Below are positions 48,278 to 59,475 of a stretch of 64,000 bases of DNA, piece by piece. Positions within the stretch are counted from its first letter, which is position 1. Every line of letters begins with the position of its first letter. The DNA lies in assembly GCA_963710245.1 (NCBI GenBank), contig CAVPZK010000020.1, positions 21,193 through 85,192 of the forward strand, given 5' to 3'. The notes under the pieces are model-generated. The model was not told the origin of the DNA. It was given only the letters and a program-made list of their open reading frames with translations, and searched no databases. A program made the position numbers and the translations under genes. Source of the DNA: an uncultured Alphaproteobacteria bacterium. Its GTDB lineage: Bacteria; Pseudomonadota; Alphaproteobacteria; Rhizobiales; Methyloligellaceae.

Positions 48278-49202
48278 GACGCATCCTCCACGATCCAGCG
48301 GACCAGCTCGCCGAATGAGCGGCCGCTGTAGGCAGCGAGCTCGGGCACAAGCGATGTCGACGTCATGCCAGGCTGGGTATTGACCTCGAGGCAGATCATT
48401 TCCCCCGTGCCTTCTGGCCGGTCGTCGAAGCGAAAGTCGGAGCGACTGACCCCACGGCAGCCCAGTGCCCTATGAGCCGCTAGGGACAGCTTCTGTACCA
48501 ATTGGTAAACATTTGGTTTAAGCGGCGCCGGCAGCACGTGAATTGAGCCCCCAGGCGCGTATTTCGCGTCGTAATCGTAGAAGGCGAGGCCCTCGGCGGG
48601 ACGGATTTCGATCACCCCCATCGCCTCATCACCCATCACGGCGCAGGTGAGCTCCCGGCCGGCAATATAGCGCTCGACCATGACCTCCTCGCCAAGCGTC
48701 CATTCGGCCGATGTCAGCTCCTGAGGCGGATGGGCCTGGTCCTCGCGCACGATATAGACGCCGACGCTCGAGCCTTCGGTCGGGGGCTTGATCACGTAAG
48801 GCGGCGGCATGGCATGCGCCTTGGCCGCCTCGATGCGAGAGATCACCAAGCTTTCGGCCACCGGGACGCCGGCCGCCGCGAGCACAGCCTTGGCCCGCTC
48901 CTTATGCATGGCGAGCGCGGAAGCGAGCACGCCGGAATGCGTATAGGGAATCCCGAGTGTCTCCAGCACACCTTGGATGCAGCCGTCCTCGCCATAGCGG
49001 CCATGCAGAGCGTTGAAGCAGACATCGGGCCTTGAGCTCGGTGAGCCGCGCCGCGATGTCACGGCCGACATCGAGCCGGCTCACACGGTAGCCTTCGACC
49101 TTCCAGCGCCGTGGCGCAGGCTGCGCCCGATCTGAGCGAGACCTCGCGTTCCGAGGACAGGCCTCCCATCAGCACCGCGACGTGAATTTGCTTATCGGCC
49201 AT
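48265..49202 (-). CDS. ddl: D-alanine--D-alanine ligase; frameshifts near 49100 and 49030
   Basis: [26 protein letters not shown] (hand-read), [36 protein letters not shown]. Confidence 0.95.
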
Positions 49203-49249
49203 GTGAACCCCCGCGCTTAGAGCACCTGACGTCAGACTACTCCCAGACC

Positions 49250-49328
49250 GTCATGGCTGGGCTTTGTCCCGGCCATCCGCGTTTTGACCTTATAGGAATT
49301 CGCGGACGCCCGGCACTCGACCGAGCAT
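49250..49328. repeat. Degenerate inverted copy of the intergenic palindromic element at 2165-2252
   Basis: gtcatggctgggctttgtcccggccatccgcgt...cgcggacgcccggcac resembles the reverse complement of the first copy. Confidence 0.65.
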
Positions 49329-49340
49329 TTGTTGGGTCCG

Positions 49341-50262
49341 CTAGGCCGGGATGCCGAGGCGCTTGATCTCCCATTCGAGCTCGACCCCGCTCGTCTCCTT
49401 CACCCGCGCGCGCACGGTCTCGCCGAGCTTTTCGATGTCGGCGCCGGAGGCGTTGCCCTCATTGATGAGGAAATTGCAATGCATCTCGGAGACCTTGGCG
49501 TCACCGACGGTCAAGCCACGGCAACCAGCGGCATCGATCAGCTGCCAGGCCTTCTTGCCCGGCGGGTTCTTGAAGGTCGAGCCGCCGGTGCGGCTCTTGA
49601 TCGGCTGCACCTCCTCGCGATAGGCGGCGATGCCGTCCATCTCGGCGAGGATCGTCGCGGGCTCGCCCGGCTCTCCCTGGAACAGCGCCTCGGTGAAGAT
49701 GAAATCATCCGGCGCGCCGCAATGGCGATATTGGTAGCGAAGCTCGGCGACCGGGAGCACATGGACGTTGCCCTTGCGGTCGACCGCGCGCGCCTCGACC
49801 AGCACCTCTTTCGTCTCTCGGCCATGCGCGCCGCCATTCATGCGCAACGCGCCGCCGACGCAGCCTGGAATGCCGCGATAGAAGGAAAGGCCGGCGATGC
49901 CGGCATCGGCCGCGGCGCGCGCGACCTTCACGTCGGGAACGGCGGTGCCGGCGCGGAGCCGGCTGCCCTGTTCGATCTTGATTTCGCCGAAGCCGCGGCC
50001 CAAGCCGGATGACCACGCCTTCGATGCCGCCATCGCGCACGAGCAGGTTCGAGCCGAGCCCGATGATGGTGACGGGAATGTCGGACGGTGCCGTCTTCAG
50101 GAAATAGGCAAGGTCGGCTTCGTCGGCCGGCGAATACAGCACTTCCGCCGGGCCGCCGGCCCTGAACCACGTGAGGTCCTTGAGCGGCGCCTCGGCCTTC
50201 AACCGCCCGCGCAGCTCGGGTAGCACGGCCATGAGGCGGCTTTCGAGCGCAGCCCCGTTCAA
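49341..50262 (-). CDS. murB: UDP-N-acetylenolpyruvoylglucosamine reductase; frameshift near 50000
   Basis: [58 protein letters not shown]. Confidence 0.96.
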
Positions 50263-51686
50263 GCCCTTCCCCCTTGTGCGAGCTTATTCGGCAAGGCGTT
50301 CATCCAATCGGTGATGGTGCCGGCGCCGAGACCCACCACGAGGTCACCCGGCTTGGCGACCGAGGCGATCGTCTCCACCAGCCCCTGCTCATCATCGACG
50401 GTCAGCACGTTCGGATGGCCGTGACGGCGCAAGCCGGAGGCAAGCTCGTCGCGGTCGATGCCGGGAATCGGCGCCTCGCCGGCAGAGTAGATCGGGGTGA
50501 CAACCGCAATGTCGGCATCGTCGAGACAGGCGGAGAACTCGTTGAACAGAGATTGCAGCCGCGTATAGCGATGCGGCTGCACCACGGCGATGATGCGCCC
50601 CTTGCCGGCCATGCGCGCGGCGCGCAGCACGGCGGCGATCTCCACCGGATGATGCGCGTAGTCGTCATAGACAACGACGCCCTGCCATTCGCCGGCGCGG
50701 CTGAAGCGCCGCTTCACGCCGGAGAAGGCGGCGAAGGTCGCGCGGATCACCGCGTCGCTCACGCCAGCTTCCGTCGCGGCGGCGAGCGCGCCGAGCGCGT
50801 TCAGCGCGTTGTAATGGCCGAGCACCGGAAGCGTGAGATCCTCGAGCTTGCGCGCGCCGCCCTTCACCCCCGGGCCGAGATCGGCGTCGAAGGTGATGCG
50901 GTTGTGATCGGGGCGCAGATTGGCAAGCCTGATATCGGCATCGCGCGCCACGCCATAGGTCAGCGTGCGGCGGCCGTTGGCGGCGCCACCAAGCTTGGCA
51001 AGCAGCTCGCGCACCACCGGATGATCGATGCAGGCGACGGCCAGGCCATAGAACGGGATTGCATCGATGAATTGATGAAAGGCCTGATGCAGCGCGTCGA
51101 GCGACGGCCAGTAATCCATGTGCTCTGGGTCGATATTGGTGACGACGCCGATCTGAGTCGGAAGCTTCAAGAACGTGCCGTCGAACTCGTCGGCCTCGAC
51201 CACCATCCACTCGCCTTTGCCGATGCGGGCATTGGTGCCCCACGCATTGATGATGCCGCCGGCGATCACGGTGGGATCGAGATCGGCGGCCTTGAGCAGG
51301 TCGGCGATGAGCGAGGTGGTCGTGGTCTTGCCGTGCGTGCCGGTGATCGACACGGTGGCGCAGGGACGCATCAGCTCGGCCAGCATCTCGGCGCGGCGAA
51401 TGATGGGAAGGCCGCGCTCCTTCGCCGCTTCGAACTCCGGGTTTCCTGCTTTCACCGCGCTGGAAATGACGAGATGGCCCGCGCCTTTGACGTTCTCCGG
51501 ATCGTGGCCGATCAGGCAGGTGATGCCGCGGGCGCGCAAGCGCTCGAGATTGGCGCTGTCCTTTAGGTCGCTGCCTTGGACGTGGTAGCCGCGGGTATGC
51601 ATCACCTCGGCAATGGCGCTCATGCCGATGCCGCCGATGCCGACGATATGGAACAGGCCTGCCTGATCTGGATCGGGAAGATGCAT
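50259..51686 (-). CDS. murC: UDP-N-acetylmuramate--L-alanine ligase
   Basis: [44 protein letters not shown]. Confidence 0.97.
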   Translation of the reverse strand: MHLPDPDQAGLFHIVGIGGIGMSAIAEVMHTRGYHVQGSDLKDSANLERLRARGITCLIGHDPENVKGAGHLVISSAVKAGNPEFEAAKERGLPIIRRAEMLAELMRPCATVSITGTHGKTTTTSLIADLLKAADLDPTVIAGGIINAWGTNARIGKGEWMVVEADEFDGTFLKLPTQIGVVTNIDPEHMDYWPSLDALHQAFHQFIDAIPFYGLAVACIDHPVVRELLAKLGGAANGRRTLTYGVARDADIRLANLRPDHNRITFDADLGPGVKGGARKLEDLTLPVLGHYNALNALGALAAATEAGVSDAVIRATFAAFSGVKRRFSRAGEWQGVVVYDDYAHHPVEIAAVLRAARMAGKGRIIAVVQPHRYTRLQSLFNEFSACLDDADIAVVTPIYSAGEAPIPGIDRDELASGLRRHGHPNVLTVDDEQGLVETIASVAKPGDLVVGLGAGTITDWMNALPNKLAQGGRA

Positions 51687-51703
51687 GCTTGAACTCTACA
51701 CCA

Positions 51704-52807
51704 CTACGCTTTGAGCCGCGCCAACTCCTCGGCAAGATCGGCGAGCTTCTTCACGGCTTGCGTCTCCGACATGGCCTTTCCCTTCGCCGCCGCCCCCGCC
51801 AAGACGTCTGGGGAGGAGAGAAGCCGTTCTAGTTCTTGGGCAAGGCGCTCGCGGTTAAGCTCCTGCTGGCGCACGCACCAGCCGCCGCCCCCTTGTTGCA
51901 GGCGAGTTGCATTTTCGAGCTGATCGTTGTCAAGGGCATGCGGCAGCGGCACGAGCAGGCAAGGCCTACCGATCGCCATGAGCTCGGCAACGGTCGAGGC
52001 GCCCGAGCGTGCGACGATGAGATGCGCCTTGGCGATCCGCTCAGGCAAATCGCGGAAGAACGGCGCGACATGGGCGGCGATGCCTGCCTTCTTGTAAGCC
52101 TCACGCAGCTCGTCGAGATCTTCCTCGCGCGCCTGCTGCATCACCGTTAGTCGCTCTCGCATCTCGGCCGGCAGCAGCGAAAGCGCCGGCGGCATGGCCT
52201 CGGAGAAGAAGCGCGCACCCTGGCTGCCGCCGAAGATGAGCAGCAGCACGCGCTGACCCGGTTCCGGCGGCTGATAGGGCACCTCGCGAAAAGCAAGCAC
52301 AGCGTCGCGCACCGGCGTCCCCGTGACTCGTGCTTTGGATTCCGCTTCGGGCCTCAGCAGCTTGGTCGGCTTGAAGGACAGCGCGATGCGGTCGACGAAA
52401 CGCGACAGCAACCGGTTGGCGCGGCCCATCACGGCATTCTGCTCGTGGATCGCGGTGGGGATCTTCAAACTGCTCGCGGCGATGATCGGCGGCAAAGTGG
52501 GATAGCCGCCAAAGCCAATGACGGCCTGTGGCGCGATCTCCCTTAGGAGGCGGCGCGCGCCGAAGAAGCCGATGCCGAGCTGGGAAAAGGTCATTGCCAC
52601 GGCGAAGGGATTGCGGCTCGTGAGCGTGGCGGAGGGAATGCGGTGAATGGCGCGTGCGGGAAACTCGACGCCATATTTCTCGGCGCGGATGTCGGTCGCA
52701 AGCTCGACCTCGTAGCCGCGGCGCTTAAGCTCCTGCGCCAAGGCCGCAGCGGGAAAGAGATGCCCGCCCGTGCCGCCCGCGGCAAGCAGGATCGGGCGGC
52801 CGCTCAC
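51704..52807 (-). CDS. murG: Lipid II GlcNAc transferase
   Basis: AGGTGGHLFPA, GFGGYP, HEQNAVMGRAN, FGGSQGA, ARSGAST. Confidence 0.97.
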   Translation of the reverse strand: MSGRPILLAAGGTGGHLFPAAALAQELKRRGYEVELATDIRAEKYGVEFPARAIHRIPSATLTSRNPFAVAMTFSQLGIGFFGARRLLREIAPQAVIGFGGYPTLPPIIAASSLKIPTAIHEQNAVMGRANRLLSRFVDRIALSFKPTKLLRPEAESKARVTGTPVRDAVLAFREVPYQPPEPGQRVLLLIFGGSQGARFFSEAMPPALSLLPAEMRERLTVMQQAREEDLDELREAYKKAGIAAHVAPFFRDLPERIAKAHLIVARSGASTVAELMAIGRPCLLVPLPHALDNDQLENATRLQQGGGGWCVRQQELNRERLAQELERLLSSPDVLAGAAAKGKAMSETQAVKKLADLAEELARLKA

Positions 52808-53982
52808 GCCGCCTGCTCCCTGACGGCGGCGCCCTCTGAGTCGGGCCGCGCGTCGGTGCTGCGCTTGAGCCGACCTGCCATCGGGCGTTTGCGGGTCAGC
52901 CCAAGCGCAAAGCCCATGGTCAGCGCCATGGCGAGCAGTGAGGAGCCGCCATAAGAGATGAAGGGAAGCGTCATGCCTTTGGCGGGGAGCAACCCGACAT
53001 TCACCGCCATGTTGATGAGCGCCTGAAGGCCGAACAGCATGATGAGACCCGCCACGGCGTGCCGGATGAAGCCGTCAGGTTCCTGCGAGGCCTTTGACAG
53101 GCCGCGCAGCACGATGAAGGCAAACAGAGTGAGCAGGATGAGACAGGCGATCAGCCCATATTCCTCCGCCGTGACCGCGAAGATGAAATCGGTGTGCGAG
53201 TTGGGGAGCACGTTCTTCACCGTGCCCTCGCCAGGGCCCCTGCCGAACCAGCCGCCATGCAGGAAGGAATTGAGCGAGCGGTCGGTCTGATAGGTGTCGC
53301 CGGAGGCGGGATCGAAGAAGCGGTCGATGCGCGAGGCGACATGCGGCACGAGCAGATAGGCGGTGATGACCCCGCCAGCGCCGGCAAGCCCAAGCGCGCC
53401 GATCCAGACCATATTGATGCCGGCCATATAGAAGAGCGCGCCCCAGACCAGGGTGACGAGCAGCGTCTGGCCGAAATCCGGCTGGAGGATGAGCAGCACG
53501 GCGAAGATCGCGTAAAGCGCCACAGCAAGCTGGATGCCGGGAATGTCAGGCCGCTTCTGGCTCTCGTTGAACAGCCAGGCGGTCAGCACGACGAAAGCGG
53601 GTTTGACGAATTCCGACGGCTGGATCGAGACGAAGCCGATCTGAAGCCAGCGCTTGGCGCCTTTGATCTCGGGCCCGAGCCCGAGGATCAACGCCATCAG
53701 CGCGATGCCGACGACGAAGATCACCAGGCTCGCGCGCCGGATCTGCTTCGGCGTGAGCGTCGATGCCAAGAACATGATGGCGGTCGCGGGCAAGAGCAAA
53801 GCCGCTTGGCGGCGCACGAAATAGAACGGCTCGAGATGGTACTTCGCGGCGATCGCCGGGCTCGCCGCCAGCGACAGCACGAGTCCCGCGCCCATCAACA
53901 GCAGCAAGCCGAAGAACATCAGCCGGTCGACGGTGAACCACCAGTCCGAGAGCACGCTCTTGTCGGCGCGGGTGAGCCTCAT
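52804..53982 (-). CDS. ftsW: SEDS peptidoglycan polymerase FtsW
   Basis: GAKRW, QPSEFVKP, QPDFGQ, HTDFIFAV, GMTLPFISYGGSS. Confidence 0.96.
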   Translation of the reverse strand: MRLTRADKSVLSDWWFTVDRLMFFGLLLLMGAGLVLSLAASPAIAAKYHLEPFYFVRRQAALLLPATAIMFLASTLTPKQIRRASLVIFVVGIALMALILGLGPEIKGAKRWLQIGFVSIQPSEFVKPAFVVLTAWLFNESQKRPDIPGIQLAVALYAIFAVLLILQPDFGQTLLVTLVWGALFYMAGINMVWIGALGLAGAGGVITAYLLVPHVASRIDRFFDPASGDTYQTDRSLNSFLHGGWFGRGPGEGTVKNVLPNSHTDFIFAVTAEEYGLIACLILLTLFAFIVLRGLSKASQEPDGFIRHAVAGLIMLFGLQALINMAVNVGLLPAKGMTLPFISYGGSSLLAMALTMGFALGLTRKRPMAGRLKRSTDARPDSEGAAVREQAA

Positions 53983-55397
53983 GCCGCTTTCCCCTGCTCC
54001 GGCGTTACGCTCTCGGCGCCGTCAAGCGCCATGACAATCTGGCGAAAGGCCTCGCCGCGCTTCTCGAAATTGGCGAATTGATCGTAAGAGGCGCAAGCGG
54101 GCGACAGCAGCACGACTGGCTCGTTGGCGTTCGAGCGGCTCGCGTCCGCCGCCGCCGCTGCAACGGCGCGGTCGAGCGTGTCGCAGTGGAGATGGTCTAC
54201 GCTGCTGCCAAGCTGGCCGGCGAAAGCGTCGGCCGCCTCCCCGATCAGATAAGCGCGGGCGATCTTGCCGAAGAAAGGCTCCAACCCCGCCAAGCCCCCC
54301 TCCTTCGGCCTGCCCCCGATGATCCAGTAAATATCCGAAAAGCTTGCAAGCGCCTTACCGGCCGCGTCGGCGTTGGTGGCCTTGGAATCATTGACGAACA
54401 GCACCTTGCCCCGCCGCGCCACCTGCTCCATGCGGTGGGTCAGGCCGGCGAAGCTCTTCAGCCCTTGAGCGATCGCGGCCGGGGTGAGGCCTTGCGAGCG
54501 GGCGAGCGCATAGGCTACGGCCGCGTTCTGCCAATTATGTGCGCCTCTGAGCGAGCCGATGCCGGCAAGATCGATGCGGGCAAGTTCGGCGCCACCTTCC
54601 ATCTCGTGCAACACACCGTGCTCGGCGAAGACACCGGTCTCCACCGGGCGGCCCACGGCGATGTGCTTCACGGCCAACGTTCCCTTCAGGCTGTCGGCGA
54701 TGGCGCGCGCGGGTGCATCGTCGACGCCGATCACGGCAGTGTCGCCCGCACCGAGATTGGCAAACACCAGCGACTTGATGCGGGCATAGTTCGCAAGCGT
54801 GGCATGCCGGTCGAGATGGTCGGGCGTGACGTTGAGGAGCGCAGCGGCGTCGGGCGCTAGTCCTGGCGCGAGCTCGATCTGGAAGGAGGAAAGCTCGATG
54901 ACATAGGTGAGGTCGGCGGCGAACGGCTCCAGGTCGAGCACCGCCTTGCCGATATTGCCGCCAAGCGCCACGCGCTTGCCCGCGGCTTCGAGAAGATGGG
55001 CGGTGAGTGCGGTCGTGGTGGATTTGCCGTTGGTGCCGGTGATGACTACGACCTTGCCGGGCGGCGTGCTGAGCGCCCGCTCACGGAAGAACAGCTCGAT
55101 ATCGCCTATCACCTCAATGCCGGCGTCCTTGGCGCGCCTGACGCTCCAATGCGGCTCGGGATGAGTCAGGGGGATGCCCGGCGCCAGCACGAGAGCGGCA
55201 AAGCCCGACCAGTCCGCGCTCGCGAGATCCCGCACGGTAAAGCCTTGAGAAGCGGCCTGCTCCCGCGCTGCTTGCTTATCGTCCCAAACAATAGGCTTGG
55301 CGCCGCCCGCTTTCAGCGCGCGCGCGGAGGCGAACCCGCTCAAGCCAAGGCCGAGGACCGCAACGTCCCGGCCGGCGAAGATCGTCACGGGAATCAT
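53979..55397 (-). CDS. murD: UDP-MurNAc-L-Ala--D-Glu ligase
   Basis: VAVLGLGLSG, ITGTNGKSTTT, ELSSFQ, NDSKATN, LSPACASYDQF. Start set at MIPV (55397). Confidence 0.97.
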   Translation of the reverse strand: MIPVTIFAGRDVAVLGLGLSGFASARALKAGGAKPIVWDDKQAAREQAASQGFTVRDLASADWSGFAALVLAPGIPLTHPEPHWSVRRAKDAGIEVIGDIELFFRERALSTPPGKVVVITGTNGKSTTTALTAHLLEAAGKRVALGGNIGKAVLDLEPFAADLTYVIELSSFQIELAPGLAPDAAALLNVTPDHLDRHATLANYARIKSLVFANLGAGDTAVIGVDDAPARAIADSLKGTLAVKHIAVGRPVETGVFAEHGVLHEMEGGAELARIDLAGIGSLRGAHNWQNAAVAYALARSQGLTPAAIAQGLKSFAGLTHRMEQVARRGKVLFVNDSKATNADAAGKALASFSDIYWIIGGRPKEGGLAGLEPFFGKIARAYLIGEAADAFAGQLGSSVDHLHCDTLDRAVAAAAADASRSNANEPVVLLSPACASYDQFANFEKRGEAFRQIVMALDGAESVTPEQGKAA

Positions 55398-55408
55398 AGA
55401 TCGGGAAT

Positions 55409-56494
55409 CTACCGCAATTTCAGGGTGGCGAGGCCAGCAAGCGCAAGCACCACAGAGATGATCCAAAACCTGATCACAACCGTCGATTCCGGCCAGCCTT
55501 TCTGCTCGAAATGATGGTGCAGCGGGGCCATGCGGAACACGCGCTTGCCGAACAGCCGGAAAGAGGTGACCTGAACGATCACGGAGGCCGCTTCGAGCAC
55601 GAACAGGCCGCCGACGATGGCGAGCACGAGTTCATGCTTGGTCGCGACGGCGATGGTGCCCAGCGCGCCACCGAGTGCCAGCGATCCGGTGTCGCCCATG
55701 AAGATGAGGGCGGGTGGCGCGTTGAACCACAGAAAGCCAAGGCCGGCGCCGACCAGCGCGCCGCAGACCACGGCAAGCTCGCCGGTCCCCTGCACGAAAT
55801 GAATTTGGAGGTAATCGGCGAACAGCACGTTGCCGACGAGATAAGAAATAAAGCCGAAGGTGGCGGCGGCGATCATGACCGGCACGATTGCCAAGCCGTC
55901 GAGACCATCGGTCAGGTTCACGGCATTGCCGGCGCCGACGATGATGAAGGCGCCGAACGGGATGAACAGCCAGCCGAGATCGATCAGCACACCCTTGAAG
56001 AAGGGGATGGCGAGAGAGCTCGCCAGCGGCTCCTGGCCCGCATGGACGATGACGGAGGTAGCGACCACGGCGGCGAGCGCCTCGATGACGATCTTGATGC
56101 GGCCGCGGAAGCCCTCAGCCGACTGCTTCGTCACTTTGAGATAATCGTCGTAGAGGCCGACGGCGCCGTAGACGAGGGTGAGCAGCAGCACAACCCAGAC
56201 ATAAGTGTTGCGCAAATTTCCCCAGAGCAGCACGGCAACGGTGACGCCGGAGAGGATCATCAGCCCGCCCATTGTGGGCGTGCCCTGCTTCTGCAGGAGA
56301 TGCCGCTCGGGGCCGTCTTTACGGATCGGCTGGCCTTTGCCCTGACGAACGCGCAAGGACCTAATGACCTTGGGCCCGAACAGGAAGACGAACAGAAGCG
56401 CCGTGATCAGCGCGCCGCCGGTGCGGAAGGTGATGTAGCGAAAGACGTTGAAGGCGGCGAGCTCGGGGGTGAACTCGGTCAGCCAGTAAAACAT
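55409..56494 (-). CDS. mraY: Phospho-MurNAc-pentapeptide transferase
   Basis: [41 protein letters not shown]. Confidence 0.98.
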   Translation of the reverse strand: MFYWLTEFTPELAAFNVFRYITFRTGGALITALLFVFLFGPKVIRSLRVRQGKGQPIRKDGPERHLLQKQGTPTMGGLMILSGVTVAVLLWGNLRNTYVWVVLLLTLVYGAVGLYDDYLKVTKQSAEGFRGRIKIVIEALAAVVATSVIVHAGQEPLASSLAIPFFKGVLIDLGWLFIPFGAFIIVGAGNAVNLTDGLDGLAIVPVMIAAATFGFISYLVGNVLFADYLQIHFVQGTGELAVVCGALVGAGLGFLWFNAPPALIFMGDTGSLALGGALGTIAVATKHELVLAIVGGLFVLEAASVIVQVTSFRLFGKRVFRMAPLHHHFEQKGWPESTVVIRFWIISVVLALAGLATLKLR

Positions 56495-56519
56495 TGCCTT
56501 CCCCCTCCCCTCGGCCCGG

Positions 56520-57941
56520 TCAGGCCTGCGCGGCTTCCGCGCCGAATCGGCGCTTCAAGGCCTCGACCAACGGCCCCATGCGGCTGCCCAACGAGCCTTT
56601 GACCATGACCGCATCCCCGGGCCCTACCGCGCCCAAAAGCTTAGGCTGAAGCTCCTCGGCGGTCTTGGCATAAGCACCTTGGCGGCTTTGCTGGCAAAGC
56701 CCCGTACAGGGTGCCCATCAGCTCGCCGCAGGCAAAGACTACATCTATCCCGGCCCCGTCAATGAACTCGGCGAGCTCCTGATGCAATTTGGGGCCTTCC
56801 GGGCCGAGTTCCAGCATGTCCCCGAGCACCGCCACACGGCGGGTGAACTCGTTTCGCGGCGTGAGCCCAAGCGTTGCCAGCGCGGCGCGCATGGAGGCCG
56901 GGTTGGCATTATAGGATTCGTCGATGATGGCGATGCCCCCACCTGGGGCTTCGATCAGGGTACGCGCGCCGCGTCCGGCTTGCGCCTTAAGCCCTTCGAG
57001 CGCGGCGGCCGCTTGTTTGAGATCGGCGCCGGCGAGCTTCGCCGCGGCGAGCACGGCGAGCGAATTCTGCACCAGGTGACGCCCCGGCGCGCCGAGCCGA
57101 TAGCGCAATGCCTCACCGAGAATATCGGCGTCGACCTTAGACCCGTCGGGCTCAAGCTCGACGCCGAGCAGCCGAGCGGCGGCACCCTGCGCTTCACCGA
57201 AGCCGACAATCCGCGCGCCGATGTTCGAGCGCGTGAGCTCTTCAGCCGCTCGTAATAGGGGCTGTCGCGATTGATGACCGCCACACCGCCCGGTTCCAGT
57301 CCGTGGAAGATCTCCGCTTTCGCATCGGCGATCTCCTCGATCGAGCGGAAGAAGCCGAGATGCACCGGCGCAACGGTGGTGACAATAGCGATCTCAGGCC
57401 TCACCAGCCGCGTCAGAGCGTCGATCTCGCCCGCGTGGTTCATGCCGATCTCGAACACACCGAATTGGACGGTCCGCGGCATGTTGGCGAGCGATAGCGG
57501 CACCCCCCAATGATTGTTGAAGGACTTGGCCGAGGCATGCACCGAACCGCTCGGCGCGAGCGCAAGCCGAAGCGCCTCCTTGGTGCCGGTCTTACCCGCG
57601 CTGCCGGTGACGGCGATCACCCTGGTGCCGGTGGCACGCGCGCGTGAGGCGCGGCCGAGATCATTCAAAGCTTCCAGCGTTTCGCGGACGCGGACCAGCC
57701 TCTCCTCGTCACCAGGCGGGAAGGTGCCGTCGACGATCGCGCAAGCGGCGCCTTGATCCAGAGCAGCGGCGACGAAGGCATGCCCGTCGCGGTTCGGCCC
57801 GCGAATGGCGACGAAGCCTTCGCCCTTGCCAAGGCTGCGCGTGTCGATGGAGAAGCCCGTGACCGGAGCCTCGCGCGCGCCGAGACAGCGCCCACGCGTC
57901 GCGTCCACGATCTCACCGAGGGTCCAAAGCGGCTCAGCCAC
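56520..57941 (-). CDS. murF: UDP-MurNAc-tripeptide--D-Ala-D-Ala ligase; frameshifts near 57235 and 56690
   Basis: [52 protein letters not shown], hand-read [11 protein letters not shown]. Confidence 0.95.
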
Positions 57942-59394
57942 AGCTCGCCTCTTGCTTCAGAGCGGCCGCAACCGCGTCATGATCCGAAAACGGGATCACG
58001 GTCGTGCCGATAGTTTGGCCGGTCTCATGGCCCTTGCCGGCCACGAGCAGAACATCGCCGCGCTCGAGCCTCGCGACGGCGTCGGCGATTGCCGCGGCCC
58101 TATCGCCGATCTCGATGGCGCCGGGAGCCGCAGCCAGAATTTGGCTGCGGATGGCGGCAGCACTTTCGCTGCGCGGATTGTCGTCGGTGACGATGGCAAG
58201 GTCCGCCTTGGCGGCCGCCACGGCCCCCATCTCGGGCCGCTTACCCTTGTCGCGGTCGCCGCCGCAGCCGAACACCAGCAGGAGCCGGTTTGCGACGTAA
58301 GGCCTGAGCGCGTCGAGTGCCTTGGCGAGCGCGTCGGGTGTGTGGGCGTAATCGACGAAGATCGGCGCACCGCCGCGAGCGGTACCGGCAAGATCGAGGC
58401 GCCCGCGCGCGCCCTTCAAGGATTCCAGCATTGGCAGCACGGTCGCGGCGTCGGCCCCTGTCGCCATCGCCAAGCCCGCGGCGACAAGCGCGTTCGACGC
58501 TTGGAAGGCGCCGACCAACGGCAAGCGAACGTGAAAGCGCTTGCCGGCATGCTCGATGACGAGGATCTGGCCAAAGCCGTCGAGCTCGGCTGAGCTCAAT
58601 CGCAAGGTCTTGCCGTCGTGCCCGACCGAGACAAGCTTGAGCCCCCTCGCCTCGGCGACGCCAGCCACGCGGGTTCCTGCTTCGCTGTCGACATCCACCA
58701 CCGCGCCGGCACCGCGCGGCAGCAGCTCGGTGAAGAGGCGAAGCTTCTGCGCGAAATAATCCTCGAAGCTCGCGTGGTAGTCCAAATGGTCGCGCGAAAT
58801 ATTGGTGAAGGCGCCGGCCGCGAGCGCGACGCCGTCGACGCGGCGCTGCTGCAAGCCGTGGCTCGAGGCTTCGAGCGCGAGATGCGTGACCCCGTCCTTG
58901 GCAAGCGCGGCGAGGATGCGATGCAGTTCGATCGGGTCGGGGGTCGTGTGCTTGAGCACCTCGGTGCCGCGCGGGCTTACGACGCCGACCGTGCCGAGGC
59001 TTGCCGCTTTGTAGCCCTGCCCCGCCCAGAGCTGGCGCACGAAGGAGGCAACCGATGTCTTGCCGTTGGTGCCGGTGACGGCGACGGCGGTCTCGGGCTG
59101 AACCCCGAAGAAGCGCGAAGCGATCAGAGCCAGTTGCCGGCGCGGATCGCTGTCCTCGATGATTGCAGCCGAGGCGGAACTCGGCGCGGCACCTTCCGCC
59201 ACAAGGATTGCCGCGGCACCGCGTTGCAAGGCATCTTGAATGAAGCGCGCGCCGTCGGTCTTAACCCCCGGCAATGCCGCGAACAGAAAGCCGGGCTTCA
59301 CCTCGCGGCTGTCCGCCGCAAGACCTGCAATCGGCATGGTCGCGAGGTCCGAAGGCAGCTCCACCCCGCGGCCTAACAGCTCACCCAGAGTCAT
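57934..59394 (-). CDS. murE: UDP-MurNAc-L-Ala-D-Glu--DAP ligase
   Basis: VTGTNGKTS, EASSHGL, DYAHTPDAL, GCGGDRD, DNPR, AGKGHE. Start set at MTLGELL. Confidence 0.97.
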   Translation of the reverse strand: MTLGELLGRGVELPSDLATMPIAGLAADSREVKPGFLFAALPGVKTDGARFIQDALQRGAAAILVAEGAAPSSASAAIIEDSDPRRQLALIASRFFGVQPETAVAVTGTNGKTSVASFVRQLWAGQGYKAASLGTVGVVSPRGTEVLKHTTPDPIELHRILAALAKDGVTHLALEASSHGLQQRRVDGVALAAGAFTNISRDHLDYHASFEDYFAQKLRLFTELLPRGAGAVVDVDSEAGTRVAGVAEARGLKLVSVGHDGKTLRLSSAELDGFGQILVIEHAGKRFHVRLPLVGAFQASNALVAAGLAMATGADAATVLPMLESLKGARGRLDLAGTARGGAPIFVDYAHTPDALAKALDALRPYVANRLLLVFGCGGDRDKGKRPEMGAVAAAKADLAIVTDDNPRSESAAAIRSQILAAAPGAIEIGDRAAAIADAVARLERGDVLLVAGKGHETGQTIGTTVIPFSDHDAVAAALKQEASCG

Positions 59395-59475
59395 GGTCTG
59401 ACTTTGCGCCCCGAAAAGCGGCGTTTCCTTGAGAATCTCAAGGATTTTGGCCAACCCTTTGAGGGCAGGCGTCTT

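Noticed and set aside
42143-57245. Calling ftsZ, ftsQ, ddl, murB, murF and bamD pseudogenes, or invoking programmed frameshifting
   Set aside because: These are essential genes with otherwise intact motifs, and I saw no shared slippery sequence at the breaks. Sequencing error is more parsimonious.
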